DNA from: Longimicrobiales bacterium
Lineage (GTDB): Bacteria; Gemmatimonadota; Gemmatimonadetes; Longimicrobiales; Gaopeijiaceae
NCBI GenBank assembly: GCA_045561015.1
Contig: JBJKYO010000055.1
Location: forward strand, 1,131 to 65,130
Length of the DNA stretch: 64,000 nucleotides
Reading direction: 5' to 3'
Position 1 is the stretch's first letter. Every line of letters starts with the position of its first letter. The notes under the pieces were generated by a model. It ran no database searches, was not told where the DNA came from, and was given only the letters and a program-made list of their open reading frames with translations. This document shows, piece after piece, positions 27,597 through 36,700 of the stretch. A program made the position numbers and the translations under genes.

Positions 27597-30097
27597 TATT
27601 TATACTCCTCGTTCAAATCCGCGACTGACATAGGAACCTGCATCATCTGGAATGGACTGCTATTCACCACTCCCAAAATGAAAGAGGACATACTATAGTC
27701 ATCCACTTCAGCTTCTCTGACAATTTTTCGCACCGTTGGCTGATCAAAATATTCAATCCGTCTACCCATCGCATAAGCCAACAGGTTGGCTGTAAAACTA
27801 CGCATGATAGGAATTGGCCTCTTTGCAACAACTTCATTTAGATCCATCGGAGTATTAAGAGACGTCCCATCATAATACGTTCCCGCAGTATCTAATTCTC
27901 TACCGTATTCTCTCATTCTCCAGCTACCTGTCACATCGAAATTATCCAGGGCTAGACCGATAGGATCCATGAACTGGTGGCAGGCGTTACACGTTGGATT
28001 CGCCCTGTGTCTCTCCAATCTCTCTCGAGTTGTAAGGAATCTCCCGTCTTCAGTACCTTCAGTCGCATCTAGGAAGGGTACATCTGGTGGTGGTGGTGGT
28101 GGTGGTGAACCCATAATAACTTCCATCACCCACTTTCCTCGCAACACAGGTGAAGTTCTGTTGGACATCGAGGTCAACATAAGAACACTTCCGTGCCCGA
28201 GCAGGCCCCTGCGGGTCTCATCTGTATAATTGACCCGTTGAAATTCATCGCCCACGATTCCATCTATTCCATAGTGTTCAGCGAGCCTCTGATTGACAAA
28301 TGTGTAGTCTGCTGAAACCATCTCCAGCACACTCCTGTCCTCCCTTATCAAATTCTCGAAAAACATCTGTGTTTCTCGAATCATATCTTCTTTTAATTGT
28401 CCTGTAAAATCAGGATATAAGTAGGGCTCTGGTTCATTTTTGCCAGCTTCCTGCAATCGCAACCATTGCGAGGCAAAACTCGTAGCCAAATTCTGAGAAC
28501 GCGGATCCGAGAGCATCCTTAAAACCTGGCTTTCTAAGACTTTCGGATCAGACAGTTTTCCTTCGTTGGCCAACTCTCTCAACTGATCGTCGGGACCCGA
28601 ACCCCATATGAAAAATGATATACGTGAGGCTAAATCGCTGTCGTTCAGGCGATAGAGCTGCCCTTCATAGGCATTCTCTGGCTGTTCCTCAAACCTAAAC
28701 AGGAACGAAGGATTAGCCAGAATACTCTGCAATCCAGTCCTAACACCTACTTCAAACCCAGATTCTTTTGCAGCTCTATCGTAAAATTCCATTGGTCCAG
28801 CAAGGTCTTCTTCTGTTATTGTCCGTCGATATGCTTGGGCAGCGATCCGTGAAATGATCTGCTCCGCACATTCATACTCTTCATTCTCCGTATCTGGATA
28901 GCAAGAAAAAACCTTTTCCCTACTTGCTGTTTTGGATACTGGCCCAGAACTGACAGGACCAGTGATCATCAGATCAGCTAAATGCGGAAGAGCGGTAATG
29001 CCATAGTTAGCCCACTGCTGCGCATCCTCGCCCCCTACAAACGACCATTTAAATGGACTTAGACGATCCTCGTAAGGCCCCTCTATCCGTCTCACAAACG
29101 CTGCTGCAACCTGATGTTGACCAGCAGAGACAAAGATGGGATCAGTTCGAATGTCTACAGTTTTATCACCATTATGTTCGAGTGCGAGCTGAGCCACCCC
29201 CACTCCGTCAATCGAAATATCCAGATCCTGCCCAGACAATCCTTTACCAAAAAGAGTTTCTATCGAAATGACATACTCTCCGTCTGTAGGGAAATCATGC
29301 CTGACTACCATACCTCCTCTTGTACCAAAAGGAGTGCCCTCCAAATGATCCCATGAATGTTGAGAAACATGTATAGGGTTAGTGTACTTCGAAGAAACAG
29401 ACAAAGCCTCTGGATTTCCTACTGCAATGCGACTAACCTCCGCCGCCGCCCTCAAGTACGATTCTAAGAGAGTAGTAGAAAGTCCTTGCGCAGCGGAAAG
29501 GTTATTAAAATTTCCTAAGAAAGTGTCTTCTGGAAGCCAGCGACTCGCGTCTATTTCCAACTCAAGAAGCTGACGTACACTTTTTTCGTATTCAGCTCTA
29601 GTTAATCTCTGGAATCTTCTGGATCCAGGATTTGGATTCATTACGGCTTCCCGATCCACCCTGGTCTCCAGCTCTTCTACCAGAGCTAACAAGGTATCTG
29701 GACTAGGCCTCGGCATGCCTGGTGGAGGCATCATACCAGCCCTCAATTTCCGAATCATTTTCTCTGCTGTCTCAGGTCTGTTCGGAGCATTTTCAACTTC
29801 AAATCCAGCCAAAGAAAGATTTCCTGTCATCATCGCGTCGTTGTGACATACCTGACAGTAAGTCTGAACGACTTCGGTCAATGTAGCAGCTTCGATTTCA
29901 AGACTGCCTGTAGAATGTGTCCCACCCAACTCAGATGAAACGTCCGATTCTGTCCTCTGTACATCAGAAATATCAGATTTAGACTGTACTAATACAGCCC
30001 CTTCGGTGTCTACCGAACGAGCATCAGCAACCTGTCCGACCATCACTAGAATTAGCCCGAAAACTATAGCCAAAACAGCAGTAACGGATCTTTTCAT
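27596..30097 (-). CDS. exported protein with two CxxCH motifs, PSCyt/PSD (DUF1592-type) family, cassette B
   Basis: 833 aa. The first ~158 aa match copy A except for M147V. CQVCH and CNACHQFMDPIG are both present, along with a poly-Pro tract. Confidence 0.85.
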   Translation of the reverse strand: MKRSVTAVLAIVFGLILVMVGQVADARSVDTEGAVLVQSKSDISDVQRTESDVSSELGGTHSTGSLEIEAATLTEVVQTYCQVCHNDAMMTGNLSLAGFEVENAPNRPETAEKMIRKLRAGMMPPPGMPRPSPDTLLALVEELETRVDREAVMNPNPGSRRFQRLTRAEYEKSVRQLLELEIDASRWLPEDTFLGNFNNLSAAQGLSTTLLESYLRAAAEVSRIAVGNPEALSVSSKYTNPIHVSQHSWDHLEGTPFGTRGGMVVRHDFPTDGEYVISIETLFGKGLSGQDLDISIDGVGVAQLALEHNGDKTVDIRTDPIFVSAGQHQVAAAFVRRIEGPYEDRLSPFKWSFVGGEDAQQWANYGITALPHLADLMITGPVSSGPVSKTASREKVFSCYPDTENEEYECAEQIISRIAAQAYRRTITEEDLAGPMEFYDRAAKESGFEVGVRTGLQSILANPSFLFRFEEQPENAYEGQLYRLNDSDLASRISFFIWGSGPDDQLRELANEGKLSDPKVLESQVLRMLSDPRSQNLATSFASQWLRLQEAGKNEPEPYLYPDFTGQLKEDMIRETQMFFENLIREDRSVLEMVSADYTFVNQRLAEHYGIDGIVGDEFQRVNYTDETRRGLLGHGSVLMLTSMSNRTSPVLRGKWVMEVIMGSPPPPPPPDVPFLDATEGTEDGRFLTTRERLERHRANPTCNACHQFMDPIGLALDNFDVTGSWRMREYGRELDTAGTYYDGTSLNTPMDLNEVVAKRPIPIMRSFTANLLAYAMGRRIEYFDQPTVRKIVREAEVDDYSMSSFILGVVNSSPFQMMQVPMSVADLNEEYK
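28085..28105. repeat. (TGG)7 microsatellite, (CCA)7 on the coding strand
   Basis: Seven perfect trinucleotide units encode the poly-Pro tract of DUF1592-B. The same tract in copy A uses mixed codons (ggcggaggtggcggaggtgg). Confidence 0.9.
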
Positions 30098-30274
30098 CTA
30101 AAATCTCCCTATTGACTTGTGTGTCAACGAATTACCCGAAAGGAAGCCAAATTTCTGCCCCGATTTCTGATCACCCAACAAGTCCAAGCTCAAACAGGAA
30201 CCACTCCACCATGAAAACTAGCATGCTCACGCCATCCTAGCCAGGATAAAGCAACTCCCAAACTGAGCTTTGGG
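29625..30274. repeat. 650-bp near-identical duplicate, copy 2 (partner 22071..22720)
   Basis: See copy 1. Identity ends exactly at a cccaaa-N6-tttggg hairpin (30257..30274). Confidence 0.95.
30231..30254 (-). promoter_or_regulatory. conserved palindrome-containing motif, second copy
   Basis: Identical to 22677..22700 and lies inside the 650-bp duplicate. Confidence 0.3.
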
Positions 30275-30376
30275 GACCCTTGTGGACCCAACCAAAAGAC
30301 TCGGGTACAAGTCGATAGCATACAAAAGATTAGGAATCCATTGTGAGCCAAACACTCTATGACCAGAAGATCCGGA

Positions 30377-31771
30377 CTAACTAATCAACCGCAGGTGCTG
30401 TCTCACCTTTTCCATGTACTTTTGAAAGAAGTGATATTGTATATTGTTCATGTCTATCTCACGACCTTGGATATAAGACTGTTCAATATTACTGGTCATG
30501 TCCAAAGGCGTACCTGTAGTAATTAGTAAAGTGGCCTGCTTCCCAGGTTCTAGGGATCCAACCCTGTCACTTATTCCCATGAACTCTGCAGCGTTTATGG
30601 TCACCGCCCTTAGAGCTTCTTCTTCAGGAAGTCCGAAAGCCACAGCAACACCTGCTTCCCATGGAAGTCGGTCCGAATACAAGGACCCTGAGCCACCCGA
30701 TATAGCGAACTTTACACCTGCTGTGTAAAGTCGCGCTGGCATACTGTATGCTCCGTCATATCCCTCATAATCTCGACCGGGTGCAGCCATAGTTGAGGTT
30801 AAAATTACCGGAATATCTTCAGCCACTAATCTATCCGACACGTGGATAGCATCAGCCCCACCGCGAATCACTATTCGCAAGCCTTCCTTTTGAGCCCAAG
30901 TAATTGCATCGTTGATTTGCCCAGCACCGTCAGCTGAGATCACTACAGGAATGTCCCCATCTAGAGCTGGGATCATCGCTGCATAACGTGAATCCGTTCG
31001 CATTTCCATACCAGCCACCGCAGCATCACGATAAGCTCTTGCTTCCGCAAAAAAATCATCGAGCTGCTGGATCTGTTCACCGTAAGTCGGGGGAGGCTCC
31101 TGTGGATTCGGACCAAAGCCACGTCCTCTTCCTCTGCCAGGATTTGGGTTTGGCCAGTTCACATTTAATGCCGCCGCGGATTCAAGAGACATTTCCTCCC
31201 AATCCCATCCCTCTAAACTCATTGCTGATGACATACCCGAAATCAGGCCACCCTCTGGTGTCGTCAGAGTCACAAGGACTCCAGCTGCACGAGTCGTACC
31301 TATATGACGACTCTCTGCATTGACTGCAACTTCAGCCCTGACATTGGGATTAAAGTCGCCCAGCTCGTTGACATCACTTGATACGCCAACAGCTCCGATT
31401 TCACTTATTCCTACTGTGCTATAGGCATCGATTAGTCCTGGATAGATGTGCTTCCCAGAGACGTCTATAACCTTAGTCCCACTAGGCAGGGTTATGTCCG
31501 TTCCAACCGCGCTAATCAAACCATTTTCCATTAAGATGGTACCGTTTTCAATCACTCCGGCTGTAACGGTATGGATGGTAGCCCCACTTAATGCCACTGG
31601 TTCCGATTGCGGAGGGACGGTCATTCGCACCTGTCCCATAGCGGCAGTCGGTGACAACATGATGACAACCCAGGTTAATGAACTCACTGCCAACATGGTA
31701 GCAGCGACAGTACGAACCATCTCTACATAGTTTTTCATATTTCCTCTTATAGTCGTCACATTCATAGTCAT
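30377..31771 (-). CDS. COG1228-type amidohydrolase-fold protein with a degenerate metal motif
   Basis: 464 aa with a signal/TM segment. Amidohydrolase-like N-terminus (IHTVTAGVIENGTILMENGLISAVG). The strand-1 motif reads PGLIDAYSTVG instead of HxH. Contains the loop PNPNPGRGRGRGFGPNPQ (31100..31153). Starts 2 nt after the stop of the upstream 1014-aa gene. Confidence 0.8.
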   Translation of the reverse strand: MTMNVTTIRGNMKNYVEMVRTVAATMLAVSSLTWVVIMLSPTAAMGQVRMTVPPQSEPVALSGATIHTVTAGVIENGTILMENGLISAVGTDITLPSGTKVIDVSGKHIYPGLIDAYSTVGISEIGAVGVSSDVNELGDFNPNVRAEVAVNAESRHIGTTRAAGVLVTLTTPEGGLISGMSSAMSLEGWDWEEMSLESAAALNVNWPNPNPGRGRGRGFGPNPQEPPPTYGEQIQQLDDFFAEARAYRDAAVAGMEMRTDSRYAAMIPALDGDIPVVISADGAGQINDAITWAQKEGLRIVIRGGADAIHVSDRLVAEDIPVILTSTMAAPGRDYEGYDGAYSMPARLYTAGVKFAISGGSGSLYSDRLPWEAGVAVAFGLPEEEALRAVTINAAEFMGISDRVGSLEPGKQATLLITTGTPLDMTSNIEQSYIQGREIDMNNIQYHFFQKYMEKVRQHLRLIS

Positions 31772-31773
31772 AA

Positions 31774-34700
31774 TCAGTTCCCCCGCCGTTGCTCAGCAAC
31801 ATTTCCGTTTCCGTTACTTTCGACAGCAAGAATCGCTTGTATCAGCTGTGTTCGCTCTCTATCAATCTGTTCCCGCAAGACTGCATCCTCCTCTAGGGAG
31901 AAATAACGACGACCATCAACCCATGTCTGCTCGGCCCTAGTGAATTGAGATAGAGGGTTGCCGTTCCAGACAACGAAATCACCATCCTTGCCTTCTTCCA
32001 ATGATCCAACTCGATCATCGATCGCCATCGCCATAGCGGCTTGATTGGTAACCGTTGAAAGTGCTTGTTCTTCAGTTAGTCCTGTGCGAAGAAGTTTTCC
32101 TGCCTCCCAGTTCATCCGGCTAGCAATTTCAGCATTGTCTGAGTGAAGCGAAGTGACGACTCCAGCTTCAATTAAGATCCTAGCGTTGTAAACCGAGGCA
32201 TCGTAGGCTTCTAGCTTGAATCCGCCCCAATCACTCCAGACGACAGCTGCTACTCCAGATGCAGCTAGCTCGGGTGCAATCTTATAAGCTTCTATTCCAT
32301 GCTGCAGAGTTTGTACTCTGAATCCGAATTCCTCTGCAAGCCTCACCAATGCAAGGAATTCATCTGCTCTATATCCGTGAGAAGATATCAGCAATTCTTG
32401 TTCTAGAATGTCTAAAATTGACTCCATCCTGAGGTCACGCCTGGGAGGTATTCCTATCTGATCGTCTTCCCAACGTTGCCACTCTCTTTCATAATCCCTA
32501 GCTGCTAGAAAATGATCGCGGATAATTTCCTGGGTTCCCATTCTCGTGTCTGGATAACGACCCTGACGCCTCTTTGGATTTTCGCCTAGAGCGAACTTTA
32601 CTGTTCTAGGAGCATCCTCTAAAATCAAATCTTCTGGCAAGGAACCCCAACGAAGTTTGACGAAAACGTTCTCACCACCGATAGGATTCGCCGAACCGTG
32701 TTTTATGTGAGCAGTAGTTAAACCTCCCGCCAATTGACGGTACATTGAAATATTATTGTGCGTTACCACATCTCCCATCTTAACCTCAGGAACAATCGCA
32801 AAACCACTCTCGTTCACAGCGCTCACACCCGAATGAATGTGAGGATCTATTAGCCCAGGGGTGACATGCTTACCTGTACCATCGACCTCCACTGCCCCAC
32901 GGGGCGCATCAAGGTTGATCCCGACTTCTACAACCTCACCATTTTGGATAAGGAGATCGGCATTATCCATACGACCCTGTAGACCCATGGTCCAGATCGT
33001 GGCGTTACGTACTACAACTGCGTCTGGCTGCTCAGGGATCGAACTGACCCCGTACTCCATCATCGGACGAATGAATGGTAGGTCCAGCTCTGGTACGTTC
33101 ATTGCTACAGCCCCGCGCTCCTGGCCATCATACGCCTCGGTGCGTGTACCACTGAACGACGGGTCAGCTCCATTGGGCAGTGATGTCCATCCGAAGAACT
33201 CGTCATCGCGAATAGATCCAGCCAGAAGGACCATGCCCTGATATCCAATCTCCTCTCCGTCGAATCTCACTTCGAGTCGGCCTGTTTCAGCTACTGCTTC
33301 AGCAGACGCGAGATTCACGACCACACCATCAAACCGCGTAGTCGGCCCTGCAGCGATCTCGACCTGGCCTCGCATTCGATTCAACGGCCCTTCGAGTGTC
33401 AGCATCGCGTCGAATCCCCATTCGTCACTCGAAGCAATCCGCCAAGTCCCTCGGGGATCAATCTGAGCCGGACGGGTGACACCATACACGCTGCCTTGAA
33501 CCCAAACGTCCCGAACCTCAGCTTCCTGAGTGAAGAGATCTCCTTGAGTAACAACGAGATTGGCGATCTTTCCCTCTTCAATCGTCCCGTGACTGCGAGA
33601 TAACCCGAGCCATTCAGCAGGTGTTGTCGTCAATGCAGCAAGGGCGTCATCCGCCGACAGACCACGTGCAACCGCAATCCGAACGTTAAGCAAAAAGTCG
33701 TTGATCGACGACATGCCATCAGCCGTGATCGCAAAGGGAATGCCCGCTTCGGCCAACTTTGCTGGGCTCGTCGGAGCAAGGTACCAATGACGCAAATCAG
33801 CCAAACTTGCGTTAAGTGCAGCCTCTGGATCACTCACATCCGGTGCGTCGGGGAAATTCAGCGGAACAATCAGCGGATCATTACGACCACTTAGCACGTC
33901 GATAAGACGATACTCCTGCCCGCTGCCCCTATACCATGCCTGAACGCCGAATTCGGACGCAATCGTGTGCGCACGGAGGTACTCTTCCTCGCTATCAGTT
34001 TCAAACACTACCGGCTGTCTGCCCTGTATTGCATCATCGAGTGCACTCAAACTCTCACTAGTTTCTGGAGGAAGGAACGCCCTGCCACTTGCCTCATATG
34101 CTTCCCATGCTCTCCTATACCAACCTGTATCCATCAGTGTCTGTTTCATCAAAGAAACAGTACCCATTGCAGAATTAGGGTAAGCGCCTCCTAGTTCAAA
34201 AGACCGCTGAAAACCAACAGACTGAGCAAAGTCAGGCCGAAGTATCCTTTCTCGAACACCCGTATCTCCAAGGTTTATCACCGAGGCCTTACCCCGAAAA
34301 ATTCCCTGCTTAGGGACTACAAGTGCGGTTCCAAACCCCTGCGATCGCAGCGCAGCTCTCCGATCAACATCATCCTGAAGATTTTCTGTGGTACTGAACC
34401 AAGCCCGTACTTGTGGATTCCAATGAGTCGGGCCTATGTCCCCTCCTTCAGGAACTTCATCCATCCCTAGATCTGCGTGAGCGTCGATAAATCCTGGATA
34501 TATCGTGTAACCCTCCAAATCCCATACTCTCGCGCCTGCTGGAGGTGTCAGATCACTGGTCACCTCTTGTATAAGTCCATCTCTGATCACTATGGTAGCA
34601 CTCTCCATGACCCTGCCCGGAGTAGTTACCACGCGCGCACCCACAAGCGCATGGAAGCCAGTTGAGTTATCTCTCATACCGCTTACAGGTTGAATCCGAG

Positions 34701-34818
34701 TCGCCTGTTGAGCCGAGAGAGACAAACTGAATGATATCATGAATCCTAAGCAGACAATCATGATAAACGTGTTTTGCCTCAAGCTTCTAAAGGCTAAAAA
34801 ATCGAGCCGCAAACTCAT
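31774..34818 (-). CDS. two-module COG1228-type amidohydrolase, exported
   Basis: 1014 aa with a signal-like N-terminus. Module 1 has PGFIDAHADLG (one His only). Module 2 has PGLIDPHIHSG (canonical HxH). GGGAG SD upstream. Confidence 0.85.
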   Translation of the reverse strand: MSLRLDFLAFRSLRQNTFIMIVCLGFMISFSLSLSAQQATRIQPVSGMRDNSTGFHALVGARVVTTPGRVMESATIVIRDGLIQEVTSDLTPPAGARVWDLEGYTIYPGFIDAHADLGMDEVPEGGDIGPTHWNPQVRAWFSTTENLQDDVDRRAALRSQGFGTALVVPKQGIFRGKASVINLGDTGVRERILRPDFAQSVGFQRSFELGGAYPNSAMGTVSLMKQTLMDTGWYRRAWEAYEASGRAFLPPETSESLSALDDAIQGRQPVVFETDSEEEYLRAHTIASEFGVQAWYRGSGQEYRLIDVLSGRNDPLIVPLNFPDAPDVSDPEAALNASLADLRHWYLAPTSPAKLAEAGIPFAITADGMSSINDFLLNVRIAVARGLSADDALAALTTTPAEWLGLSRSHGTIEEGKIANLVVTQGDLFTQEAEVRDVWVQGSVYGVTRPAQIDPRGTWRIASSDEWGFDAMLTLEGPLNRMRGQVEIAAGPTTRFDGVVVNLASAEAVAETGRLEVRFDGEEIGYQGMVLLAGSIRDDEFFGWTSLPNGADPSFSGTRTEAYDGQERGAVAMNVPELDLPFIRPMMEYGVSSIPEQPDAVVVRNATIWTMGLQGRMDNADLLIQNGEVVEVGINLDAPRGAVEVDGTGKHVTPGLIDPHIHSGVSAVNESGFAIVPEVKMGDVVTHNNISMYRQLAGGLTTAHIKHGSANPIGGENVFVKLRWGSLPEDLILEDAPRTVKFALGENPKRRQGRYPDTRMGTQEIIRDHFLAARDYEREWQRWEDDQIGIPPRRDLRMESILDILEQELLISSHGYRADEFLALVRLAEEFGFRVQTLQHGIEAYKIAPELAASGVAAVVWSDWGGFKLEAYDASVYNARILIEAGVVTSLHSDNAEIASRMNWEAGKLLRTGLTEEQALSTVTNQAAMAMAIDDRVGSLEEGKDGDFVVWNGNPLSQFTRAEQTWVDGRRYFSLEEDAVLREQIDRERTQLIQAILAVESNGNGNVAEQRRGN

Positions 34819-35078
34819 ATGAAGATCTCCCTCACCTAAATGAACTATAATTCGACTGTGTAGTTTCTTTTATTCCAAACGGAACTGTCTTAGCATATCC
34901 TCACCTTCTCCCTGAGGCTAGTATCCGCCTAAGATGAAGCCCACAAAACCAACTATTTTACAACGCTACTGACCCATCAAATTGTACACCCCTGCGTCAG
35001 GAGAAGCTTCGGAGGGTGAATTCACACTTACTCACTCTCCTGTAGCTCTTGCGCAACGATAGCTTCTGGATGCGACGA

Positions 35079-35102
35079 GCCATCCTACCCAGGATAAAAC
35101 AA
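35079..35102 (-). promoter_or_regulatory. conserved palindrome-containing motif, third copy
   Basis: gccatcctacccaggataaaacaa matches 22677..22700 at 22 of 24 positions. It lies 16 nt downstream of the M20 stop and about 260 nt upstream of the 1014-aa amidohydrolase start. Confidence 0.3.
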
Positions 35103-35117
35103 TTAGGCAAACTACCC

Positions 35118-36680
35118 CTAAAAAAGTGTTGAAGGCATTGTCAGAAGGCTGGCATAGAGGTCAATGGCATACCACAGATTAGCTACCCTTAAATTTTCAT
35201 CAGGAGCGTGTTGATTGTTATCGTGATTAGCCACAGGAACTATTATCGCTGGCTTTCCCGCAACCTCTGTGAGTACGTTTAAAGGCAAAGTGCCACCCAT
35301 TCCTGGAGCTACGACCAAAGCACCCTCCCCAAAGGTCTGTTCTGCAGCCTCCCTTGCAGCCGCAACCACACTTTGCGCAAAAGGATCTGCCATCGATGTC
35401 CGAGAGGCTAGTGAACCACCTCCGCCAGTTATTTTCGCAATCCTGGGAAACTGCATTCTTAAAGATATATCAGGATCTTCTGATACCACATGAAAGCCCA
35501 TCTTCTCAATATGAGATACTACTAGACTTTTCATGTGCTCTGGCTCGTTTCCTTTGACTAACCTCACCCCTAAAGACGCGACGGCAGTATTTGGAATCAC
35601 ATTGCGTGCTAGTGACCCAGTATTACCACTAGTAATTCCCCTCACATTCAACGCAGGAACCATTAAACGTTCTGGCAACTTTTCTGGTTCCCCTTCGGTC
35701 CAGACCAGTCCCAGTTCTTCCTTCAACTGTCCTTCCCAATCAGGCATACCCCGCAGTGCCGCAAGCTCTTCATCGCCTATTGGGTCTGCAGTGTCGTACC
35801 AGCCATCAATTAGAACATGGCCTCTCTCGTCCTTCATTGAGGCGAGCAGCCTCGCCAAGATGTTACCAGTATCTGGTGCCCAATTACCGTAGTGCCCAGA
35901 ATGAAGATTTCTAGTGGCGCCGTAAACAGTTACCTCAAGGCCCATTGATCCTCTAACACCAAACGTAACCTGAGGTCGCCCACTGACGTGTGCAGGACCA
36001 TCAAAAAAAAGCCAGATATCGACATCTTCTATCTTATCCTTCCAACGTCGCATGTAATCACCCAGATTCCTTGATCCCGCCTCTTCTTCACCGTCGAAAA
36101 AAAACACCAAATTCGAGGTGGGTGTCACCCCTGCATCCCTAAATGATTCTAGGACAGGAATTAATGCTGCAATGGGAGCCTTATCATCTCCAGCCGACCG
36201 CGCATATATTCGCCATTCTGGATCGACTGGATCACCCTCTATTGGAAATGGACGAGGTTCTCCACCAGCTTCCATTGAAGCAGTATAAAGCGTGGGTTCA
36301 AAGGGTGGGTGAGTCCAGTTATTAGGGTCCACCGCTTGTCCGTCATAATGTACATAGATGCCGAGAGTTCTAGTTGCGCCGGGAACCAAGATTTCTCCAT
36401 ATACTATAGGAGGAACTCCATCAATCTTTAGCAATTCAGAATGGACACCAACCTCGATTAACTCATCCCGTATATATGAAGCTACCGTTTCAATATCGTC
36501 TAGATCTCTCGCACGATTAGGATACCTGAGAAATTCCCTGAAATCACTCAGGATTGCAGCTTCATTATTCTCTCTAAATGTACGAACCACCCGCTGAGGA
36601 GATTGAGCATCAGCGACAGAGATTCCAGCCAAAATTCCAAGTAATATGAAAATAAAAGCTATCCTTGATTGGTATATCAT
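35118..36680 (-). CDS. exported M20A-type dipeptidase/carboxypeptidase
   Basis: The ORF track starts at 36728, overlapping the upstream gene. ATG 36680 gives MIYQSRIAFIFILLGILAGISVADAQ (signal). Motifs: VHYDGQ, SAGDDKAP, DGEEEAGS. Confidence 0.8.
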   Translation of the reverse strand: MIYQSRIAFIFILLGILAGISVADAQSPQRVVRTFRENNEAAILSDFREFLRYPNRARDLDDIETVASYIRDELIEVGVHSELLKIDGVPPIVYGEILVPGATRTLGIYVHYDGQAVDPNNWTHPPFEPTLYTASMEAGGEPRPFPIEGDPVDPEWRIYARSAGDDKAPIAALIPVLESFRDAGVTPTSNLVFFFDGEEEAGSRNLGDYMRRWKDKIEDVDIWLFFDGPAHVSGRPQVTFGVRGSMGLEVTVYGATRNLHSGHYGNWAPDTGNILARLLASMKDERGHVLIDGWYDTADPIGDEELAALRGMPDWEGQLKEELGLVWTEGEPEKLPERLMVPALNVRGITSGNTGSLARNVIPNTAVASLGVRLVKGNEPEHMKSLVVSHIEKMGFHVVSEDPDISLRMQFPRIAKITGGGGSLASRTSMADPFAQSVVAAAREAAEQTFGEGALVVAPGMGGTLPLNVLTEVAGKPAIIVPVANHDNNQHAPDENLRVANLWYAIDLYASLLTMPSTLF

Positions 36681-36700
36681 TTCTTCTATTCCTTCTTCAT

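Noticed and set aside
22071-30274. 650-bp duplicate as a possible insertion sequence or mobile element
   Set aside because: There is no transposase or integrase, no terminal inverted repeats and no target-site duplication. The repeat is simply the 5' part of a gene plus its upstream region, in direct orientation.
34819-35117. 299-nt intergenic region screened for a tRNA, riboswitch or small RNA
   Set aside because: I found only short 5-bp stems and the shared 24-nt motif. There is no cloverleaf and no T-loop GTTCGAATC-type sequence.
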